A stretch of 62,118 nucleotides of DNA, counting the filler, from Choristocarpus tenellus KU-1152 (Eukaryota > Protista > Phaeophyceae), in the NCBI GenBank assembly GCA_964200185.2. It is 11 parts of 11 records of this genome, joined end to end, with 100 filler letters (N's around TTAATTAATTAA, not from the genome) between each part and the next. Parts side by side here need not be neighbours in the genome. Positions count along the whole stretch, not along the records: positions 16,076 to 26,570 come from CAXNAD020002895.1; positions 26,671 to 33,492 come from CAXNAD020007271.1; positions 33,593 to 40,146 come from CAXNAD020007881.1; 8 more parts are not named here. One strand, 5' to 3'. A program made the translations under genes and the position numbers. Shown piece by piece: positions 24,097 through 36,500 of the stretch (positions are counted from its first letter, which is position 1; every line of letters starts with the position of its first letter). The notes under the pieces are model-generated. The model ran no database searches and had not been told where the DNA came from. It saw only the letters and a program-made list of their open reading frames with translations.

Positions 24097-25417
24097 GTGG
24101 TACCAGTAGCTTCGCCCTCTGTGGCAGTTCTGCTTTTTTTCACCAGAATGCCGCAACAGATGTACAACAATATATATCAAATGAAAGTTTATGGCAGGAC
24201 CTTTTGAAGGTTTGTATCCAGGAAAGTAGAAACTTTGGTGAACGGGAACTACATCCCTATAAATTAATGGAGAAAACGCGGGGGAATAGCTCCAGTGCAA
24301 TTTTGGAGGTCACGACTTCAAAATGGACAAAAATAAAGTGGTTGGCCGAACTTCTTCCAGAAAACTGGTCCAGGGTAGGTCGCTGCCCAAGTTTGGCTGG
24401 TGTGGCGCACCGAAAAAAAAAGAAGCAGAATACGCCCCCAAGATTTTCCTCTTTTTAACACCTTTTGCAGACTTTTTGTGAGCACACACACACGTGACTT
24501 ACAAAACAACATGAACCACGATGGCGAGACAAGGAGAGCCGCCGAGGCCACTCTGCCCTCTGGATCTACCCTCGGCACCTTCTCTGTCGAGAGGGCTGGA
24601 AAACAATTACCGTGTGAAACTCAGTGTGATGTTATGTGACGAGAAAGTGGGAGTAGTGTAGCGCAGCAGCATGATCGAATCGTGCAATGGACCACGCGGT
24701 CGCGACACTGACACTGAGAGAAGATGCATTGAAAGCATTACCACACAAACGTGGCTGGGTCTTCAACCACTTCAGAGAACTGCTCTGCAAGAACTACCAC
24801 CTCGGGAAAACAGGAAGAGAGCGGCGAGTACATCACCAGGTGGTACAGTGACGAAGTCTGTGGGGAAGCCTGGTCGCGGCGGGCAAAGGGAGAACCAGAG
24901 TGGCCGCCCGAGGCTAACACTGCGAATCCTGTACCTGTGTATGAACGACAGGAAAGACCGTCAAACGGCGCTCGAGATGGCAGAAGGATATGCAATGGTC
25001 AGGTCGGAAACTGTGAGTAAATGGGAGAGATACTTCCGAACAAAGGACCACATCAAGGTGTCGGAGCAAGGGTGCTACAAGAGGCGTTTCATTCTGGGCG
25101 TCGACGAGGACATCCTTCCCGAGGTGAAAGAGTGGGTGCGTGAGCACACAGGAAGAGAGGGTAGGGAGGCTTTCTTCGCACATGAACCCTATACTTTAAT
25201 CAAGTATAGTGCATCTGTTATCACTCTTGGTGACCTACAGTCCAGGGTTCGAACCCCAATATGACCGGTCTTTCTTCAGAAAAAGAATAAAATTGTGAAA
25301 GCCTGTACTCTGGAGTCTTGTGACGGGCATCACGAATATGCTTTTATGTTTTAAATCCGACGTCTACATCAGAAGTTATGACGGGACAACCCCAGAGGGC
25401 GAAGCTACTGGTACCAC
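24097..25417 (+). mobile_element. Internally deleted IS630/Tc1-mariner-like DNA transposon (~1.3 kb)
   Basis: Perfect 25-bp TIR GTGGTACCAGTAGCTTCGCCCTCTG (24097-24121 / 25393-25417), with TA right after the right end. ORF 24671-25264 has ETVSKWERYF..SEQGCYKRRFILGVDEDILPEVKEWVREH, typical of the N-terminal region of these transposases. No DDE core. Confidence 0.75.
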
Positions 25418-26734
25418 TACATATATATTCTAAACATTGGACATTATTCACTTCCAGTATCACATCAATACCAAGAAGACCAAACTAGTATATTGTCATA
25501 TCAAACAATTTGATATTTGGTTTCGATAACCATCACCAAATCCTTGGTGTTGTACCTAATAAAGTGATACTTTGCGGAAGGAATACAACAATGGTCGTTA
25601 ACTAGTAGTACAACTTAGTACAGTAGTATTGTCAAATTCCTCCAACTCAAAACGTCCGATTTCCAGAGTAGGGTTCAGTTCTACTTTGTTCCTTGTCACC
25701 TTTATATTTTATGCTTCGATATTTTATAAAGCAGATAATGCGAGAAATAGAAGAAATAATACTGAAAGAAAATATAAAATAAATGTCCCTTTTTACTCAC
25801 TCAAAACATCTGTTCAGGATATCGTACTATTTATGTAGGTAATACCTCAGCCACAATCTTCCTTTCCTAGGTATTGTTGACTCCCAATCGACTTGTGGGA
25901 ATACAGAGACCTCTAGGCAGAGAGAGGCAAAACAACTCAAACACGAGGAGGCTCCACTCCCGATCAAGTGACATGCCTTGACAAAGAGTGATTATAAAGT
26001 TAGCAGCCTGTAATCAACGCACACCTATCCAACCACCATTTTCTAATAGTCTAACGGAAAGATCCTCTCAACACCAGGGTCTGCGTGAGAGGATACATCA
26101 CATAGATGCTTTCATTTTTCTCTTGAGCAGCGACTTCAACACAATGTTATACTTCGTTTGTCTGCATGGCACTTCTCAGCAATAAACAGGGAACTTTAAC
26201 AGCTAGAGGGCCTTGGCAACAACTCAAAACAACTCAAAACAACTCAAAACAACAGATACATAATAATTCCACTCCAGCCGTTACTAACTAACTAGTAGTA
26301 CAACCCTCAAGGCTGAAGATTATCAGGCACACACACCATGTTGCTCTCCACCAGTTCCACCAGCCCTCCCTGTTTTTGAAGCCGAGTCTAATATCTCCAG
26401 ACTGCAATATTGAAAGTACTCCTTACTTGCATCTATAAATCTGTTTGTCTACCAACACAAGGAAATCTACCTTAAGCAAGCCCAAATTGTGGGCTACCAT
26501 CACCCCCCATTTCCACCTTGAACAGATCCTAAATCTAGATCCCCCCCCCCACCCCCCACCCAACTTCATGNNNNNNNNNNNNNNNNNNNNNNNNNNNNNN
26601 NNNNNNNNNNNNNNTTAATTAATTAANNNNNNNNNNNNNNNNNNNNNNNNNNNNNNNNNNNNNNNNNNNNTCCAAAAACATTACAACACCTTCCAACCCC
26701 AAATAGCAACGCCCCTTTTCCCGCCCCGGTACAA

Positions 26735-26869
26735 CCCCCCCCCCCCCCCCAGATAATTTGGCTCATTATCCATCCGATGCATGTAACCAAATCACCCCAA
26801 AATCGCGACATGGAAAAATGGGCACCGAATGGACAGCCGCCGCCCCCACCCCCCCAGATACTTTGAGCC
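26735..26869 (+). mobile_element. MITE family A right half (26765-26869) preceded by the end of another copy (nested)
   Basis: polyC-AGATAATTTGGCTC abuts ATTATCCATCCGATGC...AGATACTTTGAGCC. Confidence 0.75.
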
Positions 26870-28160
26870 TGCAGGATAGTGTAGAACCACAGAAGGAGAG
26901 CGTGAGGAATGAGAGTATTTAGGGATGCCCTGCTGATTCTGTTTCCCCAGAATAAGTAAGGATAAGGTACAAATGAGGTATGATATCTAGGGGCTTGTTG
27001 CCTAGGTCGGAAAAAACCGAAGCAACCATAAAACCTAGTACAAAACTTAACAACGGCACAAGGTTAGCAAACCGAAAATTGCCATAAGCAGGACATAGAT
27101 GTAAAAACTGTTGCATCTGCTCTTTCTTGCTCCTCACAACCTCTTTTAGGCGTGAGTGAAATTTAATTTCAACCTCAACTGTGCTGTTCCACTTTTTCGT
27201 ACTGCTAGCATACATCAGCCATCCAACATCATTCTGACTCCCCTCGCATGCTGAATGTTCCATCTCACCGCATATGAATTCCTGGGTATGCGGATAATGA
27301 ACCTTTATTGAACATTTCTGCTACTAATAAAGTGATATTTCACTCAGATACATTCAGACCCACCCAACTCTTTGCAACACACCCATTCGGGAGACTCCAG
27401 CAGGCGTTCTTATTTTAGAGGAGTGGGGGGTAGATCTCTATTTGTTCATGGCTTCAATCAATTGACACTACGACTTGGTGACATATCAATGCCGACCCAA
27501 GCAGTTGTCATACCTACCTTGGGAGTAGATAATTTTCTTATTGGATAACAGCACCATGTCAGCTTTTGGGTCATTGCTATATTAGGATATGGAGGAATTG
27601 TTGTTTGAAGACAATGATATATGCATTCCAGCAACTCACAAAATTATACCACTTCCTGCCTGTTCCTCCCCAAGTCATGCTTAACCCTCCACAAAGGACA
27701 TAATGGACGCACCTCCAAAATACACAAACGTCACGAAATTACTCCCGTCGAAAAAAATCATCCCCCGCACACCCTCAACTTACATGGAACTCACACAAAT
27801 TCCTTATTCCCTTCTTACCCCTGAGCAACTCACGAGGCCCTCTCCATCAATTGACAATCTATAACCTTTATGCTGGAAATGACAATCCCTAAATACCCAC
27901 TCAATTGGCACTAATCCCACTCCAGCAAGGCGACGAAGCCACGCGAGATGATCCAACCCAATCCTCACTCCATAATATACTAACCACCCAAACACCTAAC
28001 CAGATAAATCGACCTCCAAAAAGGCTAGATTTCGAACATCCGAAGCTCCAAATACATACACTAGATGCAGACTATGCAACATTTCACCCAAAAAAGACCA
28101 ACCTGTCACTCCACTAATGCGTTTTTCACAACATATTCATACCATTTAAAGCACATATAG

Positions 28161-28219
28161 TAGGGCCCGAATGGACGCCCCAGTGCAACCCCCCCCCTCC
28201 CCCCCAGATACTTTGGTCC
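28161..28219 (-). mobile_element. MITE family A fragment
   Basis: GGGCCCGAATGGACGCCC..polyC-AGATACTTTGGTCC. Confidence 0.75.
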
Positions 28220-28745
28220 TTATCAGACTGAAAGTCCATCAACTCATGTTTCACTTTCAATGATCACATCTGAATTCACTACACCAGTGCATACAGTAAA
28301 AAAAAATGTACCTTCCCCCTGCACGGAAACGCTTGTCCCAGTTTGTTTTCAGGCGCTCAGAGGAACTGCTACTGAGGCAGTAGTGGAGTCTATCATTCAT
28401 ACTGGCACAGACCTTCAGCAAGAGGACGACATATCCCCACTGGAACCATATTTTGTTCAGTCAAGCTTAGGAGGAAGATGGAGGATGCTCAGTCAAGATT
28501 GAAAATTAATCTCAAAAGAGGAATTACCAGATATTGTGGCTAAATTCAGGCCAATCTTTTCATTACCTGAAAATGAATTAGGTTGCTGTACCATTACAAC
28601 CAGGCACCAAACTGGTTAGTAGACCACCGTATCATGTGACACCAAAAATACTGGACACCATTCATCAACGTGTAACTGATATGACGGAAAAGAGCAAGGC
28701 ATTGTAAAACCTTCATCTTGCCCATAGGCATCCCCTGTTACCATT

Positions 28746-29082
28746 ATGCAAAATGGGACAATAGTAAGGTGTACCCTATTTTGTGTATGTGAGATTATGG
28801 AATTGGATTGAGTCCATGTGATGTAACAAATGAAATAGTACATTAGGATTATGTATGGGGATTATGTATGGGTTTGGTTCTGCATTCAACTACTCTGACA
28901 TAACCATTGACTTATGTATGGGGCACAAATAATAATAAGACAAGCAGTAAGAAGACACCCCACGACAAGGTCACTCTTCTCCTTTCATCCATCCATTCTT
29001 TTCACGTTCAGCAAAGGGGGTTGTGTGAGGCTCCATACCTCGTCTTCGCTTCTGATCAAATTGCAACACTTTCAAGGTTAAT
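28746..29082. mobile_element. Unclassified 337-bp insertion in the gypsy RT
   Basis: Flanked by a CATT duplication (28742-28745 / 29083-29086); removing it restores PVTIVAKADG in frame. Confidence 0.65.
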
Positions 29083-31573
29083 CATTGTCGCAAAAGCTGA
29101 TGGATCTTCCCGTTTTTTCGTTGATTTTAGAGGGACCATTATTAAACGTTTGAAACGTAATTCGTTGCCGTTTCCATCCATGGAAGATTTTTATCCACTA
29201 CTTTGGGGGGTTCAAAACACTTCTCTTGTCTATATATCCAATCAGTCTATTGGCAACTGCCGATAATCAAGGAATGCGAATGACAAAGAACTGCATTCAT
29301 AACACCAGATGGGAAATATGAGTTTCAGAGGTTACCATTTGGAGTACAAATGCACCGTAGATCTTCTAACACTTCATGTCCGAAAGTTTTTCTACAATCG
29401 GCCCTACCTCTGACTTATTGGTATATTTAGAAGATATTATTTTGGCCTTTCTATCTTAGGTACACCACAAACAGTTAATCACTTCAGTACTGTCAACCTT
29501 TCATACTGTGGGAGTTACGTTAAAGCCACCCAAGGCTCAACTTGGCTCAAAGCGAATCCATTATTTGGGACATGATGTTAGCCCACAATGAATAGCTATA
29601 TCACAACCTCGTATTGAAGACATTTCAGAAATGCTTACAATCTTACAATCGTTCTAAGGTTCTATGAACTTTGTCAGCAAGTACATTCATCACTAACCTA
29701 GCAACAGCAACAGAACCGTTATTTGAATTGATTCGCCATACAAAAAAGGATTGTACAAAAAAAAAGAACACACCAACCCAAAGAAATAAAAAAGTGATAA
29801 AGGATCTATTTCATCTAGATTGAATTGACCACAGCAACCTGCTTTTGACGAGTGCAAACGTCTTTTAGCCATGGCTCCAGTTCTACAATTTACTGATTTT
29901 GCAAAGGGGTTTTTCATACATGTAGATGCCAGTAATGTTGAGACAGGGGAATTCTTGGACCATAAAATTGATGGAAATTTTTATATAATTACATACCATA
30001 GTGCCTTACTTTCCCCCTCCCAGAGAAAATATTCTCCCACACAAAAAGAGTGCCTTGCAGTTATCCTGGCAATTCAACGCTGGAGATCGTACATTTGGGG
30101 TAAACATTTCACAATTGTTAGTTAGTGATCGTTCGGCCTTACGGTAGCCTCATGCTTTGCTAGAGATGTCCAATCTGTTAACTCGATGAACCCTAGCTCT
30201 GCAAAGTTTTGATTTTACCATCCTTCATAACCTTGGCAGATTACATCACATCCGAGATACGTTGACACGTCCTCAACTGGAAGAGTTCTGTAAACATGAA
30301 TCTGAATCAGTATCCTTAACCCCCATATGTCGAAATGTAGGCGTAGAGAATACTAATATAACTTCTCAAACAAGTAAGGTAGCCTATGATATCCAGCCTA
30401 TGAATTTCTGTGGTTCGACTGGTGAAATCACCATGGTGGCAAATGACTCTGAGCTCTCTGTTACCTCCTCCAATGTTTTTCCAGCAATTCATACTGAAGC
30501 TCTAGCCAAAGCCCAACAGGATCAGTTTGGAGCATATTTTCAATACCTGGCAGACCCCGTTAATTTGGCATTACCCATTAAGAAAGCGGCCTATACCATG
30601 TAACATTTTCTCACACAAGAGAGGAGTAAACTCTTACTCTACCCGTCTTTCCAACCTGGTCATCTCCAAAAAAATGGAGAATTTCGTAATCAATTAGTTG
30701 CCCCAACCGAAGTTCAGGGTTTGATTTTACATGCCCTGCATGACCATAAAGCTGCAGGCCATCTTGCTTTCAAGCATACGCTTGACTGCATAAGAGACAG
30801 ATTTTGATGGCTGACCTTACGTAAAGATGTAGGAAGTGGTGTGAAACTTTCCAGTCGTGTCAGGGATGAAAGATCACCCATACTCCCACTCCACTACCTC
30901 CAGGACATAAACCTGTTACACATCTGTTTCGATGGGTCACTAATAGCCTGGTCAAATATAAGACCACAATATCCACCATAGGCCATGCCACAAGAGTCGC
31001 AATCTTTGGCGGCATCGCAAATAAACAAGAAATAACTGTGCTAAAGCTCCAATCTGACTGGGCCTCATTGTTGCCCTTTGTACAGCTGGCACACAGTACA
31101 GCCTATAATACCACTGTTCAGGGGAAGCTCCATTTTTCTCATGTTTGGAAGGCACCTAATTTTACCGAGTGATCTTATTTTGGGGGTCCCTGAGGCCAAC
31201 CCATAACAATACAAGAATACAGTACGAGAACAGTGTAAACTTTACAGCTAGCGTACGAGCTTCCCCGACAAAATATTGGTGAGATGGCACTGAAGAACGA
31301 ATCTAAGAATGTGAACCATAAACTCCCACTATACGAGCAAGGAGATAAGTTGTCGAATTACAAACCGCATACTTCAACTGATGCACTTAACCCCAACTTA
31401 CTATTTCCATGGAGAGGACCTTGTGAAATGAAGGGCACATGTACCACCCGTTGTTTATCGCGTAAAACACTTGGAAGACCAACATGAAGTGACAGTTCAT
31501 GCGGCCAGACTTAATCCCATTAAGGAAGGAACAGTCACTGAACCTGACATTGACCAAGGTTCAAGGAAATTCA

Positions 31574-31829
31574 GAGTAAAATCATCTCAGAGGGTGGAGC
31601 TGCGTCCGTTTGGGGACCAAAATCCAATGGTGCGATTTTGATAAAATTTTGGCTATTGTGTTTGTTAGGAAGTGTCAATATCCTTGTTCCGAACACACAT
31701 TTTCATAACGTATACATTTTACCAACTTCGAAATTTCGGAGTAGGGAAATGTCATAAGAGACCCATGAGAAGCCAAGCCCAAAATGGACAAACAGGGCAA
31801 AATTCATACCCTCTAAGATACTTTCACTC
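31574..31829 (+). mobile_element. MITE family B (Sola-like), full length, inserted in the gypsy chromodomain
   Basis: GAG...CTC termini, ~22-bp TIR, exact 4-bp TSD TTCA. Confidence 0.9.
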
Positions 31830-32508
31830 TTCACCGGCCAGTGATGTATGGTACCACCCCCCTGAAATACATGAATGTGCAGAGATGATTGTGGCCTATA
31901 GGGAAGAGAACAAATTGGACCTCCCTAATGTAAGAGCTATTGATCAAGCAACTTGTCATGAAATTACTCCTGTCACTAAAACGGCCGAACAACTTTAATT
32001 ACCACCAACCGGACGTCCACCTATAACAACCAATCCCCCTCTGATACTTGTGATAACCCTCCTTGTGGACCAAAAAGTGCGATGAATGCCTCTATACTAG
32101 TGAGTTGCCAGCCTGGTGAGTTGCCACCAGATTCCGCAGATAAGGAAATGATTTCTTTTTCACCACCAAGATGGCGAAAGCAACACCGATAAATTCTTGA
32201 AGACCATTCCATGGCTCACTTCGGGTGGTATTTCGACCTTATGTATCAGACGACTTGGGACTCATGGGGTAGAAAGATAGCTCTTATCCGGAGACACAAA
32301 CACAGGTTGATCCTATCTGCAAGAAGCATGCATATTTTTCATAATATTTAACAAGTAGTAACAAATGTGCATACGACAAATATTTTTGAGTCCAACTTTT
32401 CCGCTTTTCCAAGCACCTTGAAGCAAAGTTGTTGTACTAGAGTTAATAGTAAGATAAGATGAGTTTTCCAATAATTCTTGACACTATCCCCACAACACTT
32501 TCTCCATT

Positions 32509-32769
32509 GAGACAAAGTATCTTAGAGGGTAGAGCGGTGTCCATTTGGAGGCCAGAATCCAATCAATGTTGTGATTTTGATGTAATTTTGGCTCTCATGT
32601 TTGTTAGGAAGTGTCAATATCCTCCTTCAGACACACCCTTTCATAACGTACACATTTTACCTACTCTGAAGCATTTCGGAGTAGGTAAAATGTCATAAAA
32701 ACCCGTGGGAAGCCAAGCCCCAAATGGACAAAAAGGGCAAAACTCGTACCCTCTAAGATACTTTCACTC
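32509..32769 (+). mobile_element. MITE family B, full length
   Basis: GAGACAAAGTATCTTAGAGGGT...ACCCTCTAAGATACTTTCACTC; no clean TSD. Confidence 0.9.
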
Positions 32770-32995
32770 TTGGTGTGCCAAACCTGCGATGATATTGAGC
32801 TTCATCCACTCAGATCCCCGGGGCAGTAGGAGACAGGCAGGTTCAGGCCATTTTCTCCCTCCGCTTCCCACCCCTTAACACAGAATTCCTACTTTGTACT
32901 GGAGTTTGACCTAGGGCTGATCACCAGTAGTGTTCCACCTTTTTATATTAAAAAATAATCCTTCAGTTAATTCAACCAGGATGTTTTTTAATTTT

Positions 32996-33182
32996 GGCTC
33001 AAAGTATCTGGGTAGCGGGGGGGGTCTACACCAGGATATCCACTCGGGCCCTGACTAGGAGAAGTGCAATTTACATTATCCATCCGGTCGACGCATCCCA
33101 CCAAATAACCCAAAAATTGCAACATGGAAGAATGGGCCCCGAATGGTCAGCTCCTACCCACCCTGTCCAGATACTTTTGTCC
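32996..33182 (+). mobile_element. MITE family A, full length
   Basis: GGCTCAAAGTATCTGG...CCAGATACTTTTGTCC with TTTT on both sides; another left end starts at 33474-33492. Confidence 0.85.
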
Positions 33183-33592
33183 TTTTTTCTCCCAAAGAAG
33201 GACCTGTTTGACATGAAGTGCTGGCCAGTCACTTTTGTGTTCATTTCGGATGGAATCTACACTAGGGGGGGGTAATGACAGGAACAGGTCTCCTTTTGGG
33301 GATCTCCCAATATTGATGAGGATAATACATGCAGTCATACACATTTCCTTGCCACCTTTTGCCGTTGAGGTCAGCCCAAGTGATGTCGTGTGGACCAGAC
33401 GCACGACCAGCTCACGGTAACCCTGACATGAATGGTGGATTCAAACCAGCAAAGCCTAATTGTGTTTTCTGCTGGGTCAAAGTATCTGGGGGNNNNNNNN
33501 NNNNNNNNNNNNNNNNNNNNNNNNNNNNNNNNNNNNTTAATTAATTAANNNNNNNNNNNNNNNNNNNNNNNNNNNNNNNNNNNNNNNNNNNN

Positions 33593-36500
33593 GGCTGCAA
33601 GGTCTGAGGTTTCACTACCAGGTAGAGGGAACAGGGCATCAGGGTCGTCGAGAATAGCAGTGTCCACACCATCCTTGGTCATGGCTTGCATGGCTGCCCC
33701 ATGTGGAAGTCCCATCTTCAACATCTTGAAGTACTTGGCATACTGTGGGTGGTACTTGGCAGGCAAAGTATGTGACCCAGATGCGGAAACTGGTTTTGCT
33801 TTTGAGCTCTCTTCACCCAGCAGCAGGAAAAGGGCATTGGGATCATCCAAAATTGCCGGGGTCAAGCCATCCTTGGTCATGGCCTGCACTGCTATCTCTC
33901 GCTGTCCTGACTTGACCATCTCGAAATAGGTCTTATAGCGTGGGTGGTCCTTGGCAGGCATTTTGAAGTGCCTTAGATACTCCGGAAACTGTTTGACAGG
34001 AACAACTTGTTCCACAGTTGTTGATGCAGTTTCAAAGGTTTCACCGGTTGGCAGTGGAAACAACGCACTGGGGTCATCAAGGATTGCTGTGTCCACAACA
34101 TTCTTCGTCATTGCCTGCACTACTGCTCCATAGGGCAGCCCCATTTCCAGCATCTTGAAGTACTTGGCATACCAAGGATGGTTCTGCGCAGGTACCAATC
34201 GTGTCGCAGGATCTCCCCTCCCATTCTCAACATTACCCACTCCTGGTGGCTGGGGGACCAGCAACATTGGTACCATGCCTCGCAATCCCAAGGTAACAGC
34301 ACCACCAGCAGTGCCAGCAGCAACACTTGAACCAGCCAAAATGGGGTCATCCCTTGGGAACAAAGTGTTGGGGGCATCAAGAAGTGCCTCATCTACCCCA
34401 TCCCGCCGAATTGCCTGAATGACAGCTGGGCGGGGCACCCCTGCCCTTAGCATCTTGTAGAACTTGGCATAGCGAGGGTGGTCCACTGCTGGTAGTAGAT
34501 TCGTTGGTAATGCCTCTCCTGAGGTGGTTGCTGGCACAGCCACAGATGTTCCAATCAGTGGAGAAGGCGCTGTCCCAGTATTGGGGGTGTCAGGAGGTCC
34601 AGCAGGGGACGGAGGGGTTGGGGCAGCCATGGGCGTGTTCAACACAGCAGGATACTTGCCCTCACGAACCATGGCTCTTTCCACCGTAGGGCGCGGCACT
34701 CCACCCTCCAGGAGTAGGAAGTACTTCGCATACTCAGGGTCCTTCCTCGGGTCTGGACCAACCGGATCCGTCGCGGACACAGCCGACGCCGCCACTGCTG
34801 CGCCGGCCACAGAGGACATGTCATCGTCCCTGCTATCACCTGTGGCACTCCCAGCACTGCTGCTTCCCAAGTTGAACTGGCTACTCCCACTCCTAGAGAC
34901 ACCCACCATTGACAGCGGGGAGTGCCGTGCAATCATGTTCGATGCCAGTGCTGCTGCACGAGGGGAAATCTTGATCCTAGGTGGCGCCATTTTCGGGGAA
35001 GCTGCTCTGGCTGCTGCGCCTGCTGCAATTGCTGCTGCCATTGCTGCTGCTGCACGTGCCTCTGCAGCCACAACCGCCTCAGCCGCCGCCTCAGCCGCCG
35101 CCGCCGCAATATCCGCCTCTGCTGTCAGGGCAGCTGCCTCAGACCATGCCACGACAGAGGCTTCATCCACCAAATCAAATTCCTTTTCAATTGGCGCCAC
35201 AATCGACAGGTCCTCCTCCTCCTCCTCTCCCACCCCCGGGCCGAAAAAGTGTATCCCCCCTCCTCTCCCGTCCTCTCTCTTACCCTTGGACTTCACCACA
35301 ACAGCTTCCACTTGCTGTGCCTGGCTCCTGTTCACGTCTTCATTTAAAACAGAGTCAGCAACTGAGTCGTCCACCAAGGCTTTCCCCCCTCCATCCCCCG
35401 ATTCCGTATCCTCCTTCCCTTCCCCTCTGTACTGCACGTCAACCGGCAAGGTAGATGCTGGACCTGCAGCTTCCAGAAGTGAAACCTTTTCTCCTTCCAC
35501 GGACTCCTTCCTCCCCTCCCCAACCTCTTCCGCCTCATTGACTGCCAGCAACAGAGGTGGCAGTAGCATGTTGGGATCACTTTCTTTGCTTCCCTCACAT
35601 GCATCCTGGCTCAAAACAGAATTGCCAACACCTGGGACTTCCTCCAATGACTCTTCCTCTCCTTCCCCCCTGTCGCACACATCAAGCAGCAAGGAAGACT
35701 CAACACCTCCAGGTTCCAAACTCGCCGCCTTCTCTCCTCCTACAAACTCCATATCTTTCTCACCCAAGTCCTTCACCTCATCGATTGCAGAATGTAGAGG
35801 CGGCAAAAGTGTGCTGGAGTCGCCCTCGTTTCTTTCCTCGAACTCGACCTCTCCACCACTATCAGACTTCTTCTCAGATTCCTCAGCCCTCAACGTCTCA
35901 TCTAAATAAGTCTCCCCTGACTGAAAGGGCACTAATAGCTTTGCCCCCTCTTCCTCTTCCTCACTCTCCTCGGCACCCTCAACAGAACCAGCCACCACCG
36001 CACTCCCCCCGCTGCTGGTAACAGCGCCTACAACAGAACCAATCCAGCCTATCATGCTTCCCATTCGGTCTAGCTGGGAAGACTTCTTCCCTACCTCCCC
36101 TTCTACCGTCTCTCCCCCATCTCTTGAACTGTTACCACCAGCATCAGGGGTCTTGTTTGAACCAATGCTAGAAGGATCCTTGTTGGATCTGGGGGAAGGA
36201 GTGGTTGACCTTGTAGATAAGCTGGATGATTGCTGCTTGCGGATTGCAGTCTTAAACTTCTCTGGAGTCAAACCATCCTGGGGGAAGATGGCCAACAAGG
36301 GAACACAAGAAAGCCAAGGTTGAGAGTGGGGGGAAGTAGGGGGTGGCATAAACAACAGAGCAGATAAGCAGAGGCAATCGAAACAGCCAGGAGGCCAAAT
36401 AGTTAAATCCTTGAAGGAAGTGACAAGAGTGTTCCTCTTGCTTTAACCTATGTCCTACTATAACCTCAACATGTCCTATCTGTATCCTATCTCCTCACCT

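Larger units (their letters stand above)
28480..31990 (+). mobile_element. Degenerate Ty3/gypsy pol (RT-RNase H-integrase-chromodomain), chromovirus-like
   Basis: SPVTIVAKADGSSRFFVDFR, TAFITPDGKYEFQRLPFG, LVYLEDI, FFIHVDAS..SQRKYSPTQKECLAVILAIQRWRSYIWGKHFTIV, HDHKAAGH, PWRGP, then SPASDVWYHPPEIHECAEMIVAY (chromodomain-like). Stops and frameshifts throughout. Confidence 0.9.

Noticed and set aside
26919-27263. 114-aa ORF with a hydrophobic segment
   Set aside because: No recognisable motif or convincing splice structure, and it lies among TE debris.
34524-35909. 461-aa plus-strand ORF (and 36694-37428)
   Set aside because: Antisense shadow of the real minus-strand exons; Ser/Pro/Ala-rich with no domain.
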